Positions 51,943-64,000 of a DNA stretch of 64,000 nucleotides are shown here, piece by piece (position 1 is the stretch's first letter; every line of letters starts with the position of its first letter). Both the position numbers and the translations under genes were made by a program. The notes beneath the pieces are model-generated. The model was not told where the DNA came from. It saw only the letters and a list, made by a program, of their open reading frames with translations, and did not search any database. The stretch is from Octopus sinensis. Lineage: Eukaryota. The DNA is taken from assembly GCF_006345805.1 (NCBI RefSeq), contig NC_042997.1:106082001-106146000 (forward strand), in the 5' to 3' direction.

Positions 51943-53165
51943 TTATTTACTTGTGTCGAAAGTTTTGGCTTCCTCGTTCTTTGATGTGTCTTCGAGGAGG
52001 TTTTTATACAGTTTTTGGGACAGATATTTCTGGAAACCCCCTACAGCATTTGGGAAGAGGGCTTTGAGTTTGTGGTGTTGTGTTTGTGTGATGTGTAGTA
52101 TTTTGATGTGTTTGGGTGGTGTAGTGCGTGGATGATTGCTATTTTTAAAGTCATCTTCACAAATGTTTGTGTATCCTGTGATGTACTCCATTAGTTTGGA
52201 GTCTTTGGTGTCTATCGCTGATAGCATTGTTTTTGTGGTGTTGGTGCTTGTTTTGTTGTGTATGGAGTTTTCAGGGTTCAGGTATCTCCCTGCTTTGGTT
52301 GCGATTTCTTGTTTGGTTTTTCTTGATCTTTTTCTTTTACCTCCTGTGGCTATTTGCCATTCTGTCGAACTTTCGTCGTTGGACGACGTGTCCGAATCAG
52401 AAGAGGGTAAAGGCAAAGCGTTTGGATCTATATGTGTGTTTGTAGAAGGTGTTGTTGTTTTGTGTGGTGTTTGTGTTGTTGGGGTGTTAGGGGCAGAATT
52501 TGTCTTTTCGTCATTGATATTTGTTTTTTTGGTTGTTGTTCTTGGTGCTGGTGTTGGTTTGTCTTTTGATGTTGGTGGTGATGTTGCTTCTTTTGTTGGT
52601 TGCGATGTCGGAGGTAATTCTTTTCTTGGTGATGTGGTTGGTGAGGGGGAAACAGTTTTTGTATCGTCCGCTGTTTTTCCTGTCTTTTGGGTTGAAGGAG
52701 GTGTGGGTAGCAGGGGTTTCCTTCCAGGTTTGGGGAGTGGTTGCTGTTGCCTATTTCTGACAGCAGTTGGACACTCGTATCTAAGGTGTGCCTCACTGTT
52801 GCATAAATAGCATCTTGGTCTCTTGCCCTCCACCACTACATACAATTTTTGGTCGTTTGCCAGTTGAACAAAGGCTGGTAAATTGTTTATTACTTCTTGG
52901 GAGATTTGAAGAAATATTTCGAGTTTTTTATCCGTCCAGCTTTCCTCTGGAATGTCAGCTGTTTCTAAAATATCTGCTTCTTCTATATCGGAGCAGATGG
53001 CCGATACCAGCCACTGGGTATTCACCATTGGCGGCACATTATTTATTGTGACTTTCGTAATTCTGCGCCCCAGGTAGCTTGGTACCATTGTTACCTGGTC
53101 TGTGCGCAGAGTAAGGGTTGAAAACCTTTTTGCTAGTTCTTCCGTACGGAAGTGAACTTGCACGG
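51943..53165 (-). CDS. Tx1-like ORF1p (gag-like, CX2CX4HX4C knuckle), N-terminus missing
   Basis: CYLCNSEAHLRYEC preceded by VVVEGKRPR, then a long Pro/Thr/Lys/Ser-rich tail. The ORF-track N-terminus (to 53478) is read-through from (TATC)n and the copy 2 UTR. Confidence 0.85.
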
Positions 53166-55554
<2,389 letters not shown>

Positions 55555-55615
<61 letters not shown>

Positions 55616-55655
55616 GCAGGCAGGCAGGCAGGCAGGCAGGCAGACAGACAGATAA
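55555..55655. repeat. (GATA)n-(GGCA)n-(GACA)n array at the 5' junction of Tx1 copy 2
   Basis: Direct reading. Confidence 0.95.
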
Positions 55656-56014
55656 ATAAAGTAGATCCTCTTTGTTCACATTTGTATAACGACAATCTCA
55701 AAACAATGTATTCAATGAAAAATTTACTTGATTCGATTTCGATTCTTTGCAAAGGTAAGCGAGATCCCCAAAATAAATAGGTTATTTAATATAAAGGTAA
55801 ATTAGTAGAATGATGGATGACATTAAATTAAGCATCCAACAATACTTCCAAATATTTAATAAGCGTTGCGTTTAATATACCTGAGTACAAGGCAGGGAGT
55901 CTTCCAGAGACTTCTAAATATTTGCTTACGGTTTATTATGAAAACAGACAAAGCGATTCATTTTAGGGAGAATCGACCATTTGAAAATTAATCGGATCAC
56001 ACTGATGAAAATTC

Positions 56015-56094
<80 letters not shown>

Positions 56095-56129
56095 TTCTGT
56101 ATGTGTGTGTGTATGTATATACACATATA

Positions 56130-56195
<66 letters not shown>

Positions 56196-56284
56196 CAATA
56201 AAAGTTGAGAAAATGGAGAGTTGGTAAAGATGTAAATTGATTTATTAACATAGTTCCAACTGAATACAAATAAATTCATAAAAA

Positions 56285-57420
56285 AACCTACGTACGTTTG
56301 ATTCCAGCCTAGTAATGGGTTTCTTTGAATCTACCCTATATGAATTTTCACCCCAAAGATTTGGACCCCCATGCCACCAGAATATAAGAGAAAACTGGAA
56401 AATGTACTGAGACGATTGTTTTATCATCTGGAGTGAAACCTATGATAAACGTCTGGACTTCAAATCTACACTGAACAATATAAACTCCAATATCAAATTT
56501 ACAATGGAATATAGCAGTGAACAGCTTCCATTTCTGAACGTTTTGATTATAAAAAATCCAACAACCAAATTGCAACTGGCATCTACCACAAACCAACAGA
56601 CTCAAAACAGTATCACCTTTTCAGTTCATACCATCCTAAACACACCAAAATATATACCCCATTCAATCTAGCAAAAACGGATCTGTAACACTCATTGAAC
56701 GTCAATACCCACCTGCACTTATAGACCATAGAATTAAACGTGCCAAAACTTTGGACACAAACACACCAATGACAATAAAACACAACACCAGAACACACTT
56801 TGAATCACTCCCATACATATCAACCTACAACCCCCATAAACAATGAAGCATACAACACAATTGTACAAAATCTCCCTCTTCTCACAAAAGACCTGAAAAG
56901 GAACAACATTCTGAATACACATAAGCTCCTCATATGCAAAAGACAACCCAAATCACTTAAGAGACTCCTAACGACTGCAAAACTGTACGCAACACATACG
57001 ACACCAACAGTTAAAAAAATGCGAACGACCTAATTGTGGTACATGCCCAAACCTAACTGAAGACTCGGAATTCACATTCCAGCAAGGAAAAATATTTTTA
57101 ATTAAAAGCAACTTCACATGTACCTCTCAGAACCTGATTTATGTCTTAACCTGCTCAGGTTGTGGCCACAATTATGTGGGCCAAACGAGCCTTAATTTGA
57201 GACGCACAGTTACGCTACATAAAGAACAGATTCGTTTTCCTCAATACAGACAGATAGCTCTTAGCTAACATATTAACAGATGCGCAAGAAATAAAACACC
57301 GAATTTCCACATTTTTCCATTGTACCAACGCAAAGATTCAATCTCCTTACAAGAACGCCTAAACTAGGAAAACCTGTTTATACAAAAGTACAGACCATAC
57401 TTTTATATACAAACTTGACC
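56285..57420 (+). mobile_element. Penelope-like element fossil (RT C-terminus plus GIY-YIG endonuclease)
   Basis: Piecewise translation gives LVMGFFE, Y*DDCFIIW, NIKFTMEYS..QLPFL, IYHKPTDSKQY, TYNP, KRQPKSLKRLL, C..PNCGTC and NLIYVLTCSGCGHNYVGQT. Confidence 0.85.
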
Positions 57421-57511
57421 ACCTGCTCCCTACACATTCCTTAAAAATAAAAGTAAAAATAAAATCTCAAAATGTGAACCTGAATTATAACACTTTCACT
57501 CAATTTATTGG

Positions 57512-57560
<49 letters not shown>

Positions 57561-58929
57561 TTCTTTGGCTTATTTCATTTATTAACCAAGGATTTCCCCT
57601 TTGTATATAATAATTCAATATTGACAAAATGAGGAACTAGTATTATAAATTACACACAAATATACAGATAAACATACCTCTGGTATATATTTTGAACTGA
57701 AAGAGACTTTTTGTACATTTCAATTTCAATTTCAGTTTCAATTTATATATATCAGTTTCATGTTACTGCGATCTTCAGGCAAGAAGTCACCTGAAGATTG
57801 CAGTAGCGTAGAATCCGTGCTGCGAGATAAAAATCCAATTTCAATAGACCATATACTCTACATCATATTTTGAGTACTCCTCTTTCATTCGTTCGACACA
57901 ACCCAACGTTTAACAAGCAGAGATGCACCAGGCAATGCAGATACAGTCGTGTGGTTACAGTAATTCTAGATTTGATCCAGCTACATGGCACCTACATGAC
58001 GCCCTGCAAATACCAATAAATGACGAGTTGAAAATGGTAGGAAGGGGCTGTGATAAAATGCATCACAATGTATATGTGCACAGGGGTGTGTGAGAGAGTT
58101 AGTGGAGAGAGAGTGGGGAGAGAAAATGAGGAGATAGTGGGGAGAGAGAAAATTGGGAGAGAGTGGGAAGAGAGAGAGTGTAGAGAGAGAGTGTGTGCGA
58201 AGAGAGAGAGAGACAGGAGAGAGAGCGTGTGTGTGATTATGTGGGTGTCTTTGGGTTAGATGCAACGGTGAAGGTGTAGATCTCTTGTTATATTTGTTCC
58301 TTCCGAATAAAGCACTGAATCCCGCGTCATTCCCACCAACGAAAGTACAATAAGCCAGTGATTTGCTCGCCTTTCGCTAAATGCTCTATAAGTTACTGAT
58401 TGTAATATAAAAAAATGTTTTGAGTTACATGTGGTTCAACATCGTGTTTGGAAGGAATATGACAGCAACGACTGTACAAAACAAATAAAAAAAATTATTG
58501 GAAGGATCATAGCAATCCACCAAAATACTCATACATTTACAAACATAGATCACATAGCACTAAAAACTCATATAAACAGATCACGAATCACATCAAAACA
58601 TAACAAGGAAAGCCGGAAGTAACGCTATTATCCCCCATTTTAAGTCCACGTTTCTGCATAAAATAGAAAGGACAAAACAAAACTCAAACACTTCACACAT
58701 AGAAAAAAATTTCAACAATGAATAAAAGTATACGACATAAGCAAAACAGAAAATTTCTAAGTATATTATAGCACTGACAGCCTCAAAAACACATTTATGG
58801 AAGTGGACAAAAATTTCAATATTTTCGTTTCGCTGTGTAGTTTGGTCTATGTTTGCTGTCTATGTTCAAGCTGTAGTCATGCGAGGTGCGTTCTGTGTTC
58901 TTTCTATTTTGTTATAATGCTGTTCGTTT

Positions 58930-59025
58930 AATACACACATACACATATACACATACACACACACATACACTCACGCACACACACACACATATATATATAT
59001 ATGTACATACATATATTTCCATATA

Positions 59026-59069
<44 letters not shown>

Positions 59070-59230
59070 AACACACACATATGTATGTGTATATATATAT
59101 ATATATATAGATAGATAGAGAGAGAGAGACAGACAGACAGACAGAGACAGAGACAGACAGACAGATAGACAGACAGACAGGCAGGCAGACAGACAGACAG
59201 GCAGGCAGGCAGGCAGACAGACAGACACAC

Positions 59231-59311
<81 letters not shown>
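58930..59311. repeat. (CA)n/(TA)n/(GACA)n/(GATA)n mosaic
   Basis: Direct reading. Confidence 0.9.
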
Positions 59312-59313
<2 letters not shown>

Positions 59314-59328
59314 AAAAAATATTTTAAA

Positions 59329-60662
59329 AATACAGAGTAGAGAAAATTGAAAACACAAATAGGCAATCAAACAGATTCCCGAACGCATAAAGGAAAATAT
59401 TCAATCAATGTATAAATCATACATATTTATACATATCAACGTATATCATGCATGTACAGGCATAAAGATTCTCCAGGGTATTAAGAATAAAACTAAACAT
59501 ACATAAAAATATAGAAGAAATATAAAAATATATAAAAATACATATGAAATTATATATAAATAAAATTTCACATGTAAGGAGTTATGCTGGATAAATAGAG
59601 GAGGTGCAAAACGAATGAGAGGTCGATAGATATAGGAATAAAAGCGCCAACCTTTAAAATGGCAAACCGCCTAAATCGTCTAAAAATCACTTATACATAT
59701 AGAATACTAGCAGAAATACCCGTCGTTGACTGGCTTCAGAAAGAGTCTTCAAAAATTATACCCTGATTTATGAAATATACTGCTTCGATATTATTGAATG
59801 TTTTGTAGCGGAATATCCGCAAGCTCTTATTGCCTGATTTCGGCCCAAAAAGTTATAATATTTTACTAATGGGTCTGCTGATAGTCAGTCTTTTCAGCTT
59901 TCTCTTTTCCTACGCTGAGATTGCATAGGTAATCCAAATCTATTTTTTTTTTTTTTGAGGCATTGTAGTAGGGTGAATTAATCTATAAGACAGGGGATTT
60001 AATTCGTGTTAGCAAACTTACATATTTCCCCGACGTGAAAGTGGTAAAAGTTATGGTTGGAAAGCTGCTTTTACCGCCATCAGAGGGGTGCCTTGGGAAA
60101 AATAAGTTGACAAAAGCACAGCCATGGGTGTGACCAATGTCCTCCTAAAATTGGAGCGACATGCGTGCTAATTTGTGAACGTGCATAAAGTACATTCACG
60201 TACACACACACACACACACACACATCCTACCTTTTATAGATATAGATAAGATAGAAATAACCCTAGATATCAAGGTTATGAAAAACATAAATAAAATAGC
60301 GTTGTTCTAACTTATATTCTATGCGTATAAGTGATTTTTAGACGATTTAGGCCGTTTGCCATTTTAAAGTTTGGCGCTTTTATTCCTATATTTATCAAAC
60401 ACTCATTCGTTTTGCATCTCCTGTATTTATCACGTATAACTCCTTACATGTAATCTTTATATGTGTGTTTATATTTTTTTAATATTTCTATTCATGTTTG
60501 GTTTTATTCTTTTTATACTGGAGAATCTTTACGCCCGTACTTGCATGATTTATGTTGATATATATATGCTTCAACTACTTTAATTGAATATTTTCATTTA
60601 CGCGTTTGGGAATCTGTTTGACTGCCTATGATTTGCGTTTTCAATTTTCTCTACTCTGTATT
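59329..60662. mobile_element. Foldback element with about 350-380 bp imperfect terminal inverted repeats
   Basis: 59329-59706 is the reverse complement of 60315-60662, e.g. AATACAGAGTAGAGAAAATTGAAAAC and CCTAAATCGTCTAAAAATCACTTATAC. Confidence 0.8.
59705..60247 (+). mobile_element. Possible non-autonomous Helitron/Helentron-type insertion between the foldback arms
   Basis: Starts TACTAGCAGAAATACCCG and ends (CA)n-ATCCTACCTTTTATAGATATAGAT, a layout typical of such elements. Based on terminal motifs only. Confidence 0.4.
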
Positions 60663-60725
60663 GTTTCGCATTGGCTCTTTATGAGCACTTCGTAAATACC
60701 CCATACATTTTAAAACATACTTAAT

Positions 60726-62538
60726 ATTCTTTTCTACTCTGGACACAAAGCCCGATATTTTGGGGGAGGGGCCAGTCGATTAGATCGACTCCAGTGCGTA
60801 ACTGGTGCTTAATTTATCGACCCCGAAAGGATGAAAGGCAAAGTCGACCTCGGCGGAATTTGAACTCACAACGTAACGACAGACGAAATACCGCTAAGCA
60901 TTTTCCCCAGCTTCCTAACGTTTCTTATTTCTTTATTACCCACAAGGGGCTACACACAGAGGGGACAAACAAGGACAGACAAACGGATTAAGTCGATTAT
61001 GTCGACCCCAGTGCGTAACTGGTACTTTATTTATCGATCCCGAAAGGATGAAAGGCAAAGTCGACCTCGGCGGAATTTGAACTCAGAACATAACGGCAGA
61101 CGAAATACCTTTTCTTTATTACCCACAAGGGGCTAAACACAGAGGGGACAAACAAGGACAGACATGGGTATTAAGTCGATTACATCGACCACAGTGTGTA
61201 AGTGGTATTTAATTTATCGACCCCGAAAGGATGAAAGGCTAAGTCGACCTCGGCGGAATTTGAACTCACAACGTAACGACAGACGAAATACCGCTAAGCA
61301 TTTTGCCAAGCTTCCTAACGTTTCTTATTTCTTTATTACCCACAAGGAGCTACACACAGAGGGGACAAACAAGGACAGACAAACGGATTAAGTCGATTAT
61401 GTCGACCCCAGTGCGTAACTGGTACTTTATTTATCGATCCCGAAAGGATGAAAGGCAAGTCGACCTCGGCGGAATTTGAACTCAGAACATAACGGCAGAC
61501 GAAATACCTTTTCTTTATTACCCACAAGGGGCTAAACACAGAGGGGACAAACAAGGACAGACATGGGTATTAAGTCGATTACATCGACCACAGTGTGTAA
61601 GTGGTATTTAATTTATCGACCCCGAAAGGATGAAAGGCTAAGTCGACCTCGGCGGAATTTGAACTCACAACGTAACGACAGACGAAATACCGCTAAGCAT
61701 TTTGCCAAGCTTCCTAACGTTTCTTATTTCTTTATTACCCACAAGGAGCTACACACAGAGGGGACAAACAAGGACAGACAAACGGATTAAGTCGATTATG
61801 TCGACCCCAGTGCGTAACTGGTACTTTATTTATCGATCCCGAAAGGATGAAAGGCAAGTCGACCTCGGCGGAATTTGAACTCAGAACATAACGGCAGACG
61901 AAATACCTTTTCTTTATTACCCACAAGGGGCTAAACACAGAGGGGACAAACAAGGACAGACATGGGTATTAAGTCGATTACATCGACCACAGTGTGTAAG
62001 TGGTATTTAATTTATCGACCCCGAAAGGATGAAAGGCTAAGTCGACCTCGGCGGAATTTGAACTCACAACGTAACGACAGACGAATACCGCTAAGCATTT
62101 TGCCAAGCTTCCTAACGTTTCTTATTTCTTTATTACCCACAAGGAGCTACACACAGAGGGGACAAACAAGGACAGACAAACGGATTAAGTCGATTATGTC
62201 GACCCCAGTGCGTAACTGGTACTTTATTTATCGATCCCGAAAGGATGAAAGGCAAAGTCGACCTCGGCGGAATTTGAACTCAGAACATAACGGCAGACGA
62301 AATACCTTTTCTTTATTACCCACAAGGGGCTAAACACAGAGGGGACAAACAAGGACAGACATGGGTATTAAGTCGATTACATCGACCACAGTGTGTAAGT
62401 GGTATTTAATTTATCGACTCCGAAAGGATGAAAGGCAAAGTCGACCTCGGCGGAATTTGAACTCACAACATAACAACAGACGAAATACCGCTAAGCATTT
62501 CGCCCGGCGTGCTAACGTCTCTGCCAGCTTACCGCCTT
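60726..62538 (-). repeat. Family B SINE tandem array: one head, nine bodies, 399-bp dimeric higher-order repeat
   Basis: GTCGACCTCGGCGGAATTT recurs with alternating spacing of about 216 and 183 bp; ORF-track repeats at 61164, 61563 and 61962 give a period of 399. Confidence 0.92.
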
Positions 62539-62569
62539 AAAGCATACTTAATATTGTATGCACATATAT

Positions 62570-62614
<45 letters not shown>

Positions 62615-63139
62615 GTGTGTGTGTGGTGTGTGTGTGTGTATGCGTGTATGTAAGTATATGTTTGTACACACACTCATATATATATACGCCAGAAATTCCA
62701 TGCGCCTCTAAAGCATTCGCAGCAGCTGTGTGTACAAGACTCATTATAGAAATAAATACGACATAAACTGAAAGTTTTACTTTTTTAAAACAATAATTAA
62801 ATATGGAATGCAGTGGACAGTAAGTTTTTGGCAGAACAATTTTCTATCACATTACATTTTGGGTTAAAATTGTAATAAAAATGACTTTGTTTTCTACATT
62901 TAGTATATCAGTTCCCACTTTTTTACACACCAGGCGTTCCTGGCCATTTCCCCAGATACTCTTTTAAGCCATAATGCCATTCATGTTGCCTACTTCTCTA
63001 GTCATCTAATCTGCCGTAACAGTTATACTATACACTGATGAGTACGACTAATATGATCCAAAATTGCCCAAAGTTGTTGACTGCACTGTTGAAGGTTAGA
63101 ATCACTCTCCACTTGCATTCAGTATTCAAATTAATTTTA

Positions 63140-63520
63140 ATTAATTAAAGTTGTGGAGTTCTATCCTCTATCAATTTTTACCAAAGCTGTTTTGGTCAAT
63201 GGGTATGTAGTTTGAATTAAAATTATTTGGCTTATGTACGCTTATTTCCACTTTGAATATAGCATGGACAAGCCATGTAGCATACAAACCATCTACAATC
63301 TGAAAATTCCCTAATGAAGTAATACAACGATTTGCCCTATTAGCCTTTCTTTCAAATGTGTACCAAAACAATTTTGCCATACTTTCTCTAGCCATGCACG
63401 CAGATACATTCACAGTCACATCTTCCGATCAAATACAGCTGCACAACTTCATCCTTACATTAACCACATAGAAACGTGGCTCTGTGTAACACCTGCCAAA
63501 TCCATTATCTCAATTGTTAC
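63140..63520 (+). mobile_element. Possible very degenerate LINE RT fragment
   Basis: HADTFTVTSS (YADD-like) followed by LHPYINHIETWL...AKS in an adjacent frame. Confidence 0.3.
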
Positions 63521-64000
63521 GGCCATAACACTAAACAATATAAAGATACGTCTAAAATATACGCAGCAGATGTAGAAGACACATGAAAGAAAGTAAAATA
63601 ACATATAAATATATTTAAAGTAATCAAAAGCCGCCATATTTTAACAACTAAAAATGACATTACAATCTATATATACTATACAGAATCTCTACAAAACTAC
63701 ACAAACCTGTTAATAGGAGTAGTTCTGATAGAAAAACAAAGTGATAAAATGGATACAGTTTATACATTATTCACAAACAAATATAAACACCAGAATGATT
63801 AAGCATAAATCTAACAGTCAAAAATTCATTATGTGGCTGTACAAGATGCATTCCAGACGTTTTGAGACTTTTTTTTAGGAGAGGCCTATATCATTACTAT
63901 ATATCTAACTTGACAACTTTCTATTCCAGATTGAAGGAGACGGTTGTAACAGAACTTTAAATACACGCTACTAAACACTGCTTGTTACAGCTGACCTGTT

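Larger units (their letters stand above)
48075..53165 (-). mobile_element. Tx1-clade LINE copy 1 (5'-truncated within ORF1, complete ORF2 and 3' UTR)
   Basis: ORF1 with a CCHC knuckle, about 50-bp spacer, ORF2 (APE, RT, zinc finger), about 380-bp 3' UTR ending AATAAAGAAACAT|(ATCT)n. Confidence 0.92.

Noticed and set aside
52136-52810. 224-aa hydrophobic V/F/G-rich plus-strand ORF
   Set aside because: It is the antisense frame of the low-complexity Tx1 ORF1 tail.
60726-62538. CRISPR-like array
   Set aside because: The units are whole SINE bodies with no unique spacers, the context is eukaryotic, and there are no cas genes.

Overview
AT-rich, microsatellite-dense eukaryotic DNA with no convincing host gene. 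The SINE and LINE repertoire looks cephalopod, probably Octopus; this is inferred from family recognition and has not been searched. The window is dominated by retroelements: a colinear but frameshifted RTE LINE (about 8.9-13.7 kb, minus), two Tx1-clade LINEs stacked head-to-tail inside a (GATA)n microsatellite (48.1-55.6 kb, minus; one has a nearly intact ORF2), and 3' fragments of R4/Dong-like, RTE, CR1 and Penelope elements. It also holds mariner fossils, three tRNA-derived SINE families and several foldback structures. Most notable: (1) an apparently (GATA)n-targeting Tx1 family; (2) a 42-nt match between the Tx1 3' terminus and the tail of an abundant SINE, which also forms a 399-bp higher-order tandem array; (3) a complete type I hammerhead ribozyme at 42443-42541 (minus); (4) an inverted duplication bracketing the RTE LINE; (5) an unexplained 30-bp (GATA)n-adjacent motif present as a palindrome and as a third copy. 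Almost all other ORF-track entries are microsatellite translations or antisense frames of these elements. Coordinates and identities were read by eye; fragment boundaries are approximate.
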